From positions 576,001-640,000 of the forward strand of contig CAXXDQ010000003.1 of assembly GCA_963664325.2 (NCBI GenBank): a stretch of 64,000 nucleotides of DNA, written 5' to 3'. Every line of letters starts with the position of its first letter. Position 1 is the first letter of the stretch. Shown piece after piece: positions 26,219 to 36,855 of this stretch. Source of the DNA: Desulfomonilia bacterium (lineage in GTDB: Bacteria; Desulfobacterota; Desulfomonilia; UBA1062). The notes under the pieces are model-generated. The model worked only from the letters and a program-made list of their open reading frames with translations. It was not told the origin of the DNA and searched no databases. The position numbers and the translations under genes were made by a program.

Positions 26219-29200
26219 ATGAACATTTCCAGCATCTTTATACGCCGCCCGATCATGACCACACTGGTCATGATGTCTTTTCTCGTATTCGGGATTGTTG
26301 CATACAAAGGCCTGCCTGTAAGCGAGCTCCCCAATATAGATTTCCCGACAATCCGTGTTACGGCCAAGCTGCCCGGCGCCAGCCCTGAAACCATGGCCTC
26401 CGCAGTCGCAAGACCCCTTGAACAGAAGTTTTCCTCGATAGCGGGCATTGATTCCATGACGTCATCGAGCTCTCTGGGGGAAACCCAGATCACGATACAG
26501 TTCAACCTTAACCGCAATATCGATGCGGCTGCACAGGATGTCCAGACAGCCATCGCCGGGGCCGTGCGCCAGCTTCCCAACACCATGTCAACTCCTCCCA
26601 CATTCAGGAAGGTCAACCCTGCGGACCAGCCGGTTCTTAATATTTCTCTGAATTCTCCCACCCTTCCTCTGTCAAAGGTTGACGAATACGCCGAGACGAT
26701 TCTGGCGCAGAGGATATCCATGATCGACGGGGTAGCCGAGGTGCAGGTCCGGGGATCGCAGAAATATGCGGTCCGCATCCGCCTTGATCCCAAGGCGCTG
26801 GCTGCGAGGTCCATCGGGATTGATGAAATAAGCGACGCCATACAGTCGGGAAATGTCAACCTGCCGACAGGAACCCTGTGGGGAGACTTCAAGGCGTTCA
26901 CCTTAAATACCCCCGGACAGCTTGAAAACGCATCCGCTTACAAACCGCTTATCGTCGCATACCGTAACGGGTCTCCGGTCAGGCTCGGCGACGTGGCGCA
27001 GATAATCGACAGTGTTGAAAATGATAAGCAGGCCTCGTGGTATAACAATGACCGGTCCATCATCCTGTCGATCCTCCGCCAGCCCGGTACCAACACTGTT
27101 CAGGTCGTCCAGGCCGTTAAAGACATACTTCCCGGTTTTGAAAAGATCCTTCCCGCTTCGGTTAACCTCGATATCGTTTATGACCGCTCGGTCTCAATAA
27201 AGAAATCAATTCGGGATGTCCAGATTACCCTGCTGTTTTCGCTCTTTCTGGTCGTAATCGTAATTTTCCTTTTCCTGAGAAATTTTTCCGCGACAATAAT
27301 ACCGAGCATGGCATTGCCCATGTCCATTGTCGGCACCTTTGCAGCAATGAAACTTGCAGGATTCAACCTTGACAACCTTTCGCTCATGGCGTTGACGCTG
27401 TGCGTGGGATTTGTTGTTGATGACGCCATTGTCATGCTGGAGAATATCGTGCGCCACATGGAACATGGCGAAAGCCCCGGTGATGCCGCCTTCAACGGAT
27501 CAAAGGAGATCAGCTTCACGATCATTTCAATGACGCTGTCCCTGGTGGCGGTGTTCATCCCCGTTCTTTTCATGGGCGGCATTGTAGGCAGGCTCCTGAA
27601 TGAATTTGCAGTAACGATAGCCGTGGCTGTCCTGATCTCCGGGTTCGTATCACTGAGTCTTACGCCGATGCTCTGCAGGACTTTCCTGCGGCCTCCCGGC
27701 GAGGTTAAGCACAACCGCATCTATCAGACGTCCGAGCGCTTTTTTGGCGGGCTGCTAAGCGGTTATGATAAAAGCCTAAGATGGGTATTGAAATACAAGA
27801 GGTTAACGCTTGCCGTGTCCCTGGTTTTCCTGATAGCCGTTATCTGGCTGTATTTCAAGATGCCTATGGGCTTCCTGCCGAACGAGGATACGGGAATGAT
27901 ATCAGGGACGACAGAAGCGGCGCAGGGTACGTCATTCAAAACAATGATCGAATATCAGCAGAAGATCGTGCAGATAATCAGAAGGGACCCCAATATCGAT
28001 ATATTGATGTCATCCGTGGAAGGCGGTGAGGATGGATTTCTGATGATGCGCCTGAAGCCTCGATCTGAACGCCCTTTGAACGCTGATGAGATAATTCAGG
28101 AACTGCGTCCGAAGCTCGCTGAAGTCCCGGGCATAAAAGTATATCTGAAGAATCCTCCACCCATTCGCATTGGAGGATATCAGACACAGAGCCAGTACCA
28201 GTATACGTTGCAGAGCCCGGATATCAAAGAGCTCTACCGCTACGCACCGGTGCTCGAGTCGAAAATAAAGGAACTGCAGGGCTTTCAGGATGTGACCAGC
28301 GACCTTCAGCTCAAAAACCCCCAGATTACCGTGAATATTGACAGAGACAAAGCGGCTTCCCTGGGCCTCAATGTCCTTCAGATCGAGCAGACGCTAGGAA
28401 GCGCCTATTCATCAAACCAGATATCAACGATTTACGCACCCGACAACGGCTACCAGGTCATCCTTGAAATCGACCCCGAATACCAGATGGACCCCTCGGC
28501 ATTATCCCTGCTTTATATCCGTTCGAACAAGGGGAGCCTTGTTCCGCTGAGCACGGTGGCAAGCTGGAAGTACAGTATCGGTCCGCTCTCCGTAAACCAT
28601 CTGGGGCAGCTTCCAGCAGTGACCATCTCTTACAATCTGGCGCCCGGCAAGCCGCTTGGCGATGCGGTTAAGGAAGTGGAAGAGCTTGCAAAAACAACCC
28701 TGCCTGATTCGATTACGGCAAGCCCACAGGGGACGGCCCAGGCATTTGAATCGTCCATGTCAGGAATGGGCATATTACTGATTGTGGCCATCCTGGTGAT
28801 CTATGTCGTGCTTGGAATACTCTATGAAAGTTTTATTCACCCGCTCACGATCCTTTCCGGCCTGCCGTCAGCAGGCCTCGGCGCCCTTGTGACATTATTG
28901 ATTTTCCATGTAGATCTCAACCTGTATGCTCTGGTGGGGATCATCATGCTGGTCGGCATCGTAAAGAAAAACGCGATCATGATGATAGATTTTGCGCTGG
29001 ATGCCGAGAGGAATGAAGGCAGGAATCCTGAAGACGCGATTTATGAGGGTGCGCTAATACGCTTCAGGCCGATTATGATGACGACCATGGCTGCCCTGAT
29101 GGCAACGCTTCCGATTGCAATAGGCCTGGGAGCGGGAGCTGAGTCGAGAAGGCCGCTGGGCCTCGCTGTGGTGGGCGGCTTACTGTTTTCCCAGATTGTG

Positions 29201-29284
29201 ACGCTGTATATAACACCGGTGACCTACATCTACCTGGATAAATTGCAGAGGGCCGTGGTGAGGCTTTTCAGCAGAAACCGTTGA
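26219..29284 (+). CDS. RND efflux permease (MdtB/MdtC-like)
   Basis: FIRRPIMTTL, GFVVDDAIVMLENI, GIVKKNAIMMIDFA, RFRPIMMTT. Confidence 0.95.
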   Translation: MNISSIFIRRPIMTTLVMMSFLVFGIVAYKGLPVSELPNIDFPTIRVTAKLPGASPETMASAVARPLEQKFSSIAGIDSMTSSSSLGETQITIQFNLNRNIDAAAQDVQTAIAGAVRQLPNTMSTPPTFRKVNPADQPVLNISLNSPTLPLSKVDEYAETILAQRISMIDGVAEVQVRGSQKYAVRIRLDPKALAARSIGIDEISDAIQSGNVNLPTGTLWGDFKAFTLNTPGQLENASAYKPLIVAYRNGSPVRLGDVAQIIDSVENDKQASWYNNDRSIILSILRQPGTNTVQVVQAVKDILPGFEKILPASVNLDIVYDRSVSIKKSIRDVQITLLFSLFLVVIVIFLFLRNFSATIIPSMALPMSIVGTFAAMKLAGFNLDNLSLMALTLCVGFVVDDAIVMLENIVRHMEHGESPGDAAFNGSKEISFTIISMTLSLVAVFIPVLFMGGIVGRLLNEFAVTIAVAVLISGFVSLSLTPMLCRTFLRPPGEVKHNRIYQTSERFFGGLLSGYDKSLRWVLKYKRLTLAVSLVFLIAVIWLYFKMPMGFLPNEDTGMISGTTEAAQGTSFKTMIEYQQKIVQIIRRDPNIDILMSSVEGGEDGFLMMRLKPRSERPLNADEIIQELRPKLAEVPGIKVYLKNPPPIRIGGYQTQSQYQYTLQSPDIKELYRYAPVLESKIKELQGFQDVTSDLQLKNPQITVNIDRDKAASLGLNVLQIEQTLGSAYSSNQISTIYAPDNGYQVILEIDPEYQMDPSALSLLYIRSNKGSLVPLSTVASWKYSIGPLSVNHLGQLPAVTISYNLAPGKPLGDAVKEVEELAKTTLPDSITASPQGTAQAFESSMSGMGILLIVAILVIYVVLGILYESFIHPLTILSGLPSAGLGALVTLLIFHVDLNLYALVGIIMLVGIVKKNAIMMIDFALDAERNEGRNPEDAIYEGALIRFRPIMMTTMAALMATLPIAIGLGAGAESRRPLGLAVVGGLLFSQIVTLYITPVTYIYLDKLQRAVVRLFSRNR

Positions 29285-29492
29285 GTGACAGGATCACGCG
29301 ACAGACCACCGCAGGATTGCCGATGACCCGTTTGATCAAGGACGAACACAGGCGTTTTGACCGGACCGGGAAATTAGGGAAAAGAACTTTTGCAAAAAAT
29401 AATGGGCTTCTTTCGGAAAAACCGTTTCTCGATTTATTGAGACGGGCTGTCTATTGTTATGTTCTATAGGGAAAATATTATTAAATAATCAA

Positions 29493-29568
29493 TGGTGGAG
29501 CCGAAGGGGATCGAACCCTCGACCTCATGAATGCCATTCATGCGCTCTCCCAACTGAGCTACGGCCCC
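29493..29568 (-). tRNA. tRNA-Ala (GGC)
   Basis: Reverse complement GGGGCCGTAGCTCAGTTGGGAGAGCGCATGAATGGCATTCATGAGGTCGAGGGTTCGATCCCCTTCGGCTCCACCA; 76 nt, G3:U70, CCA end, A32-U38. Confidence 0.97.
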
Positions 29569-29813
29569 ACGTTATCCGGATAGTGCTTGTGGGTAGCATA
29601 TAAAATTGCGCGTTTGCAATATGAAATTTCCAGTGCTAAATACTTATGTAATTGATATTCATGCGCGCGGATGATTGTGTATTCATATAAAAATACTTGC
29701 TGCTCAGGCCGTTCCAGTTTATAGTTGGAATCTTCGCTAAATGTTGGTTTCATGCCGCTTGCCAGATTCAGGCGCGTGTGGTAAAGACCAGAAAAACAGG
29801 CACAGGGGGCAAT

Positions 29814-30563
29814 ATGTCCGGTCATAATAAGTGGAGTACTATCAAACACAAGAAAGGGGCTGCTGACGCTAAAAGAGGCCAGCTCTTCAGCAAGCTTATC
29901 AAGGAAATCACTGTGGCTGCAAGGATGGGTGGAGGCGACCAGACCTCGAATGCCCGTTTAAGGACTGCGGTATTAACTGCAAGGGCAGCCAACATGCCCA
30001 AGGACAACATAGACAGGGCCATAAAGAAAGGAACCGGCGAGCTCGAGGGATTCAACCTTGAGGAATTCTCATACGAAGGATACGGTCCCGGCGGAGTGGC
30101 GATAATGCTGTCTGTCATGACAGACAACAAGAACAGAGCGGTTGCGGACATAAGGCATCTCTTTACTAAGTATAACGGGAACCTGGGCGAAAACGGCTGT
30201 GTGGCCTGGATGTTTGACAAGAAAGGCGTCATTGTAGTCGAAAAAGATGCGGTTGATGAAGATACCCTTTATGACATAGCGCTCGGTGTAGGGGCTGATG
30301 ATATAAGCGACCAGGGTGACAGCTATGAGATACTTACCGAGCCTTCCATGCTCGAAGATGTCAGGGCTGCGCTTGAGGAAAAGAAGATTGCATACACTTC
30401 TGCGGAAGTTTCAATGATCCCCAAAGATACAGTCAAGGTTACAGGCAAGAGCGCTCAGCAGGTGCTCAAGCTCATGAGTCTGCTCGAAGACCATGATGAT
30501 ATTCAATCAGTATCTTCCAATTTCGATATCGACGACGAGGAAATGGCTCAATTCCAGGGATAA
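29814..30563 (+). CDS. yebC: YebC/PmpR-family protein
   Basis: [29 protein letters not shown]. Confidence 0.95.
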   Translation: MSGHNKWSTIKHKKGAADAKRGQLFSKLIKEITVAARMGGGDQTSNARLRTAVLTARAANMPKDNIDRAIKKGTGELEGFNLEEFSYEGYGPGGVAIMLSVMTDNKNRAVADIRHLFTKYNGNLGENGCVAWMFDKKGVIVVEKDAVDEDTLYDIALGVGADDISDQGDSYEILTEPSMLEDVRAALEEKKIAYTSAEVSMIPKDTVKVTGKSAQQVLKLMSLLEDHDDIQSVSSNFDIDDEEMAQFQG

Positions 30564-31052
30564 ATGATTATCTGCGCCTTTGATCCGGGTACTCACTGCA
30601 CAGGATATGGGGTTCTGGACATCGGGCACAATTCGGTAAAACACATAGCGCACGGGACGATAAGACCAAGGGCTGAAGGGCTTTCAGAAAGACTCAAGGA
30701 AATCCATCTCTGCGTAAAGTCCGTTCTTGAAGAATACAAACCTGTCGAGGCGGCGATTGAAACATCCTTTTATGCCGTCAATGCACAGACGGCGCTTAAA
30801 CTCGGCCAGGCAAGAGGCGTGATCATACTGGCTGCGACATTGATGGATCTGCCGGTCTTTGAATACACACCCACCGAAATCAAAAAGGCCACATGCGGGT
30901 ACGGACATGCGGGCAAGGACCAGATCAATGACATGGTGGCAATGCTGCTGGGCCTCAAGAAAAAATCGATCACCTCAAAAGATGCGACGGACGCCCTTGC
31001 AGTGGGAATCTGCCACGGGGCGTCACGAAGGATAAGGAGGTTCGCGCCGTGA
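30564..31052 (+). CDS. ruvC: Holliday junction resolvase RuvC
   Basis: DPGTHCTGYG, AIE, LKLGQARG, EYTPTEIKK, DATDALAV. Confidence 0.95.
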   Translation: MIICAFDPGTHCTGYGVLDIGHNSVKHIAHGTIRPRAEGLSERLKEIHLCVKSVLEEYKPVEAAIETSFYAVNAQTALKLGQARGVIILAATLMDLPVFEYTPTEIKKATCGYGHAGKDQINDMVAMLLGLKKKSITSKDATDALAVGICHGASRRIRRFAP

Positions 31053-31612
31053 TAAGCGTGCTCAGGGGCGAGGTTTACAGTGCTGTTCAGGGCAGCCTTA
31101 CCATTATGGTGGGGGGTGTAGGCTATCTGGTAAACATACCCGCCGGTGCTGAAACAAACCTTAAACCGGGGCAGGAAGTAACCATTCCGACCGTGTTGAT
31201 TTCGAGGGAAGACTCCCTTGAGCTTTACGGTTTCCCTGATCCCAGGCAGAAGGAAATATTCTCGCTTCTCATTGGCGTTTCAGGGGTAGGGCCGAAAACG
31301 GCGATGAACATCATCTCGGGCACCGAGCCCAACAGGTTTCTGGATGAGATCGTCAATGAAAATATAAACTATCTGTGTTCGCTTCCCGGTATCGGCCGGA
31401 AAAGCGCCCAGCGCATAGTGCTTGAGCTCAAGGAAAAGATCATGAAACATTATCCGCGCCGGTTGAGAGGCATGCCGACGCCTTCCGAAGACGCGGTCCA
31501 GGCACTGATTGCGCTCGGCTATTCCGAAAACGTGGCAAGAAAAATAATATCGGGAATAAAGGCGGATAATGTTGAAGATATTATCAAAAAGGCGCTGAAG
31601 GACTTGAAATAA
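31049..31612 (+). CDS. ruvA: Holliday junction branch migration protein RuvA
   Basis: [41 protein letters not shown]. Confidence 0.95.
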   Translation: MISVLRGEVYSAVQGSLTIMVGGVGYLVNIPAGAETNLKPGQEVTIPTVLISREDSLELYGFPDPRQKEIFSLLIGVSGVGPKTAMNIISGTEPNRFLDEIVNENINYLCSLPGIGRKSAQRIVLELKEKIMKHYPRRLRGMPTPSEDAVQALIALGYSENVARKIISGIKADNVEDIIKKALKDLK

Positions 31613-32634
31613 TGGATAAAGATGAACTTACAGGAGCCGTTAAAGACCGTGAAGAGGCCGATTTTGAGTCGAACATCAGACCCAGAATTTTGAAGGAATA
31701 TGTAGGACAGGATGCGCTCAAGGCCAATCTGGAAGTTTTTATAAAAGCGGCTAAAACAAGGAAACAGCCGCTTGACCACTGCCTGTTCTACGGGCCCCCG
31801 GGGCTTGGCAAGACCACCCTTGCCTATATTATTGCCAACGAACTCAAGGTTAACCTGAAGGTCACCAGCGGGCCGGCCATTGAGAAGTCCGGAGATCTGG
31901 CCGCCATACTCACAAACCTTGAAAAAGGCGACGTGCTGTTTATCGATGAAATCCACAGGCTGGGCTCCGCCGTCGAGGAGATCCTTTATCCGGCGATGGA
32001 GGAATTCAAGCTTGACATCGTAATAGGCCAGGGTCCGTCGGCCAGATCGATCCGTATCGACCTGTGCCCGTTTACTCTCATTTCAGCCACAACCCGTGCC
32101 GGAAGGATCACTTCGCCATTACGCGACCGCTTCGGAATAGTCGGCCATCTTGAGTTCTATAACAAGGCGGAGCTTGCAACCATCATCAAACGTTCGGCAA
32201 AAATCCTCAATATCAAAGCCTCGGCTGAAGGCCTGAGCGAGATTGCAAACCGTTCACGGGGAACACCCCGCATAGCCAACAGGCTATTAAGGCGTGTCCA
32301 TGACTTTGCCCTGGTCCTCGGTGATGGAAGAATTGAAAAGGACATTGCAGATACCGCCCTTACAAGGCTCGACATTGATGCAACAGGCCTGGACAGGATG
32401 GACCGCAGGATTCTCGAAATTATGATCAGACAGTTCGGCGGCGGGCCCGTCGGAATTGATTCGCTTTCCGCTGCAATAGGTGAAGACAAGGACACCATAG
32501 AGGATGTATACGAGCCGTTCCTGATTCAGAACGGATATATCAACAGGACACCGAGGGGCCGGCAGGCGGCGGGCAGGGCATACAAGCACCTTGGCATCAG
32601 CCGCCCGCGCCAGATGGATGTCTTTGATGACTGA
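31612..32634 (+). CDS. ruvB: Holliday junction DNA helicase RuvB
   Basis: [37 protein letters not shown]. Confidence 0.97.
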   Translation: MDKDELTGAVKDREEADFESNIRPRILKEYVGQDALKANLEVFIKAAKTRKQPLDHCLFYGPPGLGKTTLAYIIANELKVNLKVTSGPAIEKSGDLAAILTNLEKGDVLFIDEIHRLGSAVEEILYPAMEEFKLDIVIGQGPSARSIRIDLCPFTLISATTRAGRITSPLRDRFGIVGHLEFYNKAELATIIKRSAKILNIKASAEGLSEIANRSRGTPRIANRLLRRVHDFALVLGDGRIEKDIADTALTRLDIDATGLDRMDRRILEIMIRQFGGGPVGIDSLSAAIGEDKDTIEDVYEPFLIQNGYINRTPRGRQAAGRAYKHLGISRPRQMDVFDD

Positions 32635-32658
32635 TGGTCCTGTAAAAGGCAAAGAGTT

Positions 32659-33312
32659 ATGAGCATTGTCCTGATGGACGTGGACTATACGCTCTACCCG
32701 AGAGGAACAGGGCCTTTTAACCATGTAAACAAGAGAATCGATGAGTATATAATGCAGGCCCTGAACATCGGCATTGAGGAAACGAGGGAGCTAAGAAAAT
32801 CATATTTCGGCAGGTACGGCTCGACCCTTGGCGGCATGATGGAGAACCATGCGACCGACCCTCATGAATTCTGCGCCTATGTCCATGACGTCCCTGTCGA
32901 AGAGCTGCTTGGGGAAGATGCGAGGCTTAGGGAAACCCTTTCAGAGATAACGTTTCCCATTATTGCTTTTTCAAACGCATCAAAGGAATATGTCATCAGG
33001 ATACTTGCCGCGCTTGGCGTAAGTGACCTGTTCAAGGGCCTCTTTACAATTGAAGATATGGGATTCATACCGAAACCGAGGACCGAGCCCTATGACAGGA
33101 TAACTGAGAGTCTCGGCAGAAATTCCTCGGATTTTATCTGCATTGACGACCGTGCAGACAACATCGATACGGCGATAACAAAAGGCATGCAGGGCATACT
33201 TGTGGGAGGCGATTTTTCCGGGACGGCCTCGTGGTGGGCGAGGGATATATTCGATGTGCCTCAGGCGATAGAAATGCTGAAACAGAAGCCTAAGGGGAGT
33301 TTTAAATTATGA
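32659..33312 (+). CDS. HAD-family pyrimidine 5'-nucleotidase
   Basis: DVDYTLY, YGSTLGG, FSNA, PKP, IDDRADNI. Confidence 0.8.
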   Translation: MSIVLMDVDYTLYPRGTGPFNHVNKRIDEYIMQALNIGIEETRELRKSYFGRYGSTLGGMMENHATDPHEFCAYVHDVPVEELLGEDARLRETLSEITFPIIAFSNASKEYVIRILAALGVSDLFKGLFTIEDMGFIPKPRTEPYDRITESLGRNSSDFICIDDRADNIDTAITKGMQGILVGGDFSGTASWWARDIFDVPQAIEMLKQKPKGSFKL

Positions 33313-34316
33313 AAGCATTTGTTACCGGGTCCGCAGGTTTCATCGGGTTTCATCTTTCAAAAAGGCTTCTTGATGAAGGCCATGAGGTTTTCGGCCTGGA
33401 CAACATCAATCATTATTACGATCCGCAGATCAAACTCGACCGCCTCGGCATGCTGAAAGATTATGATGCGTTTGCATTCGAGAAGACAGACCTCATCGAC
33501 AGGGACAGGATTCTCGAGATTTTCAACGAGCATGATTTTGATATTGCGGTGAACCTGGCGGCCCAGGCGGGGGTCAGGTACAGCCTTGAAAATCCGTTTG
33601 TCTATGTGGATTCAAACATAACGGGCTTCATCAATATCCTGGAAGGATGCAGGCATGCCGGGGTAAAACACCTTGTTTACGCATCTTCAAGTTCGGTGTA
33701 CGGCATCAATGAAAAAATGCCGTTTTCAGTGCATGACAGCGTGGACCATCCGATCAGCCTGTATGCCGCTTCCAAAAAGGCGAACGAACTGATGGCGCAT
33801 TGCTATTCCGCGCTGTACGGCCTGCCGACAACCGGTCTGAGGTTCTTTACGGTCTACGGCCCCTGGGGCCGGCCTGATATGGCGCTGTTCCTTTTTACAA
33901 AGGCCATCCTTGCTGGCGAGCCGATCGATGTCTACAACTGCGGGAAGATGATACGCGATTTCACTTATATCGACGACATCGTCGAAGGGCTTGTCCGTGT
34001 CGCAAATATCATCCCGAAGCCTGATGCAGGATGGGACAGGGTAAATCCGGACCCGGGGACTAGCTTTGCGCCGTACAGGGTCTTTAATATCGGCGGGTCC
34101 AGTCCGGTTGAACTCATGCGCTATATTGAGGTGCTTGAAGAAGCGCTCGGCAGAAAAGCCGTGAAGAACATGCTGCCGATGCAGCCCGGCGACGTGGCAG
34201 CCACCTGCGCCGATGCCGCAGACCTGGAGAGCCTGACCGGGTTCAGGCCTAGGATTTCAATCGAGGATGGAATCAAAAGATTCGTGGAGTGGTATAGGAA
34301 GTATTTCCGCGTATAG
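33309..34316 (+). CDS. NAD-dependent epimerase (UDP-glucuronate 4-epimerase family)
   Basis: GSAGFIG, LAAQAGVRYS, YASSSSVYG, YAASK, RFFTVYGPWGRPDMA. Confidence 0.92.
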   Translation: MKAFVTGSAGFIGFHLSKRLLDEGHEVFGLDNINHYYDPQIKLDRLGMLKDYDAFAFEKTDLIDRDRILEIFNEHDFDIAVNLAAQAGVRYSLENPFVYVDSNITGFINILEGCRHAGVKHLVYASSSSVYGINEKMPFSVHDSVDHPISLYAASKKANELMAHCYSALYGLPTTGLRFFTVYGPWGRPDMALFLFTKAILAGEPIDVYNCGKMIRDFTYIDDIVEGLVRVANIIPKPDAGWDRVNPDPGTSFAPYRVFNIGGSSPVELMRYIEVLEEALGRKAVKNMLPMQPGDVAATCADAADLESLTGFRPRISIEDGIKRFVEWYRKYFRV

Positions 34317-34323
34317 TCAATCA

Positions 34324-34514
34324 TTCAGGGCGTTATAACTATGTATCTCTGTGATTCGGGCAGATAACCCTCACCCTTCAGGCGTACCTTAGGTACGTCA
34401 ATTTTGTGATGCAAAATTTGTCATTTCCTTGCCTCGTCACTCCGGCGTACGTCAAAGTACGCCTTGTTCCTCGGCTGCGTTACTCCTTGACTTGCTTTGT
34501 TATAACGCCCTGAA
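34324..34514 (+). repeat. Palindromic intergenic element, copy 2 (long form)
   Basis: ttcagggcgttataac...gttataacgccctgaa terminal inverted repeats; central hairpin; extra three-hairpin module at 34353-34422. Confidence 0.85.
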
Positions 34515-34748
34515 AAAGAAGTTTTATTGCTGGGTGTTTTTCTGAATTGAAAACTGTTTGAGATCTTTTCTTAAAAATTTCAGGTTGTCCTGCTATTGGT
34601 GCTAGATAATCATTTCTATACATTACGTGCCACTATCTATAATCTGTAAACTCTTTCATTAGTAAAAGTTTTCTGGAGACCAACAATTTCCAAGTATTTA
34701 AAGTGCTAACTTTTAAATTTTAACGATAACTTGTTTCAAGTATATCTG

Positions 34749-34778
34749 AAGGGATAGGTCAATGACCTACCCCTTTTT
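34749..34778. terminator. Hairpin downstream of the 34795..36492 gene
   Basis: aagggataggtc-aat-gacctacccctttt. Confidence 0.4.
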
Positions 34779-34794
34779 AAGTTTCTGATAAATT

Positions 34795-36492
34795 TTAATT
34801 GTTCCAGTGAATCTTTCCATGAAGAGCTGGAGTTCCCCCTTCACAATGCTGTTCAAATCGGAGATCAATTGATGTTAATACATTGTTTGCATACAAAACA
34901 TTGTCCACTACGAACCATCCGGTAAGGGTATTACATCCACATCCATTACCGCCCCATTCAAGTCCACCCCTAGCAGGGTTGTTAAATGGAAAACGCTTCA
35001 GGTCCGGGTAATATCCGAGTTGGAATTTGTCGAGTGAACTCATGGTTTTAAAATCACCAGACCACCAATCATTTCCATTGATATAAACCCCTAGATGACC
35101 ACTCATTTCGTTAACAGAAATTGAAATTGTATCTGGAGTATATGTATATGTTTTGCCCCAGCCAATATAATCGCCGGCGTCACTTTGCAGATATACATAA
35201 TTGCCACTTGGAGGCGTAGAGCCGGAAACCGGTTCCCATAGACCTGCAGGTGGAGGATTTACGGGTCCTGGAGGTACCGTAGGATCGTCTAACCTCCAGT
35301 GGATTTCTCCGCGCATAGATGACGAAGTGCACGAATCCTGCTCAAAACGTAGATCAATTGCAGTGAGTACCCCATTCGTATAAACAACATTATCTATGGC
35401 AAACCATCCCGTATTGCCATACCAGCCTACACTTTGACGGGCCTTGGTTGGGTTATCTCTTGAATAGCTATTAAGATTTCCATAATATCCAATTTCAAAA
35501 GAGTTTAGTGTGTTCATAACTCGAAATTGGCCATCCCAATCCTCATCACCAAGTATGCGTATACTCAGGTAACCCGTATCTTCTTCTAGAGATATAGAAG
35601 AATTTGCTTGTGTATAGGTCAATGTTCTGCTCTGTCCTGAATAACAATCACCTGGTTCAATCTGCAGATATACATAATTGCCATTGATTGGTGTAGAGCC
35701 AGAAGCTGGCTTCCAAAGTCCGTTAGGAATAGGATTCACCGGCCCAGGAGGTGCTGTATGGTCGTCTGACCTCCAGTGGATCCATCCATGCAGTGCAGGG
35801 GTATTACCCTCGCAATGCTGCTCAAAGGAGAGATCGATTGAAGTCAGAGTATCTCCTGAGTATGTGACATCATCTATTTTAAAACTACCTGTAAGTTCGT
35901 TGCAACCTCTTCCCTCACCACCCCAGTCGAGGCCACCAATGAGGGGTTCGTTGAAGGGGTAGCGTTTGAGATTTAGATATTGCCCTACTCGCAATTTCCT
36001 AAAGTAGTTTGGTTCTTGGAAATCACCAAACCACCATTCATCTCCATCTATCGATATTGAGAGAAGTCCCCCATTAGCTTCTAATGAGATCTGGGAATCG
36101 GCTTGAGTGTATAGATAGGTTCCACCACCTCCTACATAATCTCCTGGATCACTTTTTAAATAAACATAATTGTTCTTCATGCCTTCGTAGTTGACATTCC
36201 AGGTATAGGCATCTTCACTTGAGGAATATTTTGCAATGACCTTGATCTTGTGTTTTGATTTGATTACATCATTCAGGACATAAGTAAATGAGTTCTGTGT
36301 TTCGCCAGGGACAACTGCTCCATCAGCATACCATGTATATGACGCTGTTGATGAGGATACCTTTATTGAAAATGTCTTCTGCTCTCCATATGATAGAGCA
36401 ACTGGGTTTTCAAATGGTGTATGTGATATGATGCAACCGCTAAGACAAAATACACATGCAGCAATGAAAATAAAAAATTGATTTTTTTTCAA
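34795..36492 (-). CDS. Lipoprotein: Ig-like N-domain + three internal repeats of about 150 aa
   Basis: aaggagg RBS before TTG; LSGC-IISHTP; YTWYADG; 3x NYVYL...GD...Y-x-YT...IDL-x-FEQ...IHW joined by PPGPVNP linkers. Confidence 0.8.
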   Translation of the reverse strand: MKKNQFFIFIAACVFCLSGCIISHTPFENPVALSYGEQKTFSIKVSSSTASYTWYADGAVVPGETQNSFTYVLNDVIKSKHKIKVIAKYSSSEDAYTWNVNYEGMKNNYVYLKSDPGDYVGGGGTYLYTQADSQISLEANGGLLSISIDGDEWWFGDFQEPNYFRKLRVGQYLNLKRYPFNEPLIGGLDWGGEGRGCNELTGSFKIDDVTYSGDTLTSIDLSFEQHCEGNTPALHGWIHWRSDDHTAPPGPVNPIPNGLWKPASGSTPINGNYVYLQIEPGDCYSGQSRTLTYTQANSSISLEEDTGYLSIRILGDEDWDGQFRVMNTLNSFEIGYYGNLNSYSRDNPTKARQSVGWYGNTGWFAIDNVVYTNGVLTAIDLRFEQDSCTSSSMRGEIHWRLDDPTVPPGPVNPPPAGLWEPVSGSTPPSGNYVYLQSDAGDYIGWGKTYTYTPDTISISVNEMSGHLGVYINGNDWWSGDFKTMSSLDKFQLGYYPDLKRFPFNNPARGGLEWGGNGCGCNTLTGWFVVDNVLYANNVLTSIDLRFEQHCEGGTPALHGKIHWNN

Positions 36493-36855
36493 GATACCCT
36501 CCTTTATATAATTATATTTATATCCAATTTAATAATAATAATAAATTGCTTATAGAAAATCAATAATTTCTATTTCTATTCATAAACTAATTAACAGCCT
36601 AATAGCTTAACAGCTAATTCCTTTCGCCGCGTATCCGTTATGAGCCACAACAGTATGCGCCCTGAAAAGATGTTGTTTTGCTGTGTGGTTTTCGGAATTG
36701 AAAATGGTTGAGGTCTGTTCTTAAAAATTCAGGCTGTCCTGCTTTCCGAACTCCAACACGCATTAGTCATAACCTGCAAACCGGAGATAATCATTTCTTA
36801 TTATATAACCGATAGTATTACGTATAATTCACAGACTATCGGAAGGGATATACGC

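Noticed and set aside
1-29568. Genomic island integrated at tRNA-Ala
   Set aside because: No integrase and no duplicated tRNA 3' end were seen; the adjacent RND operon looks compositionally ordinary.
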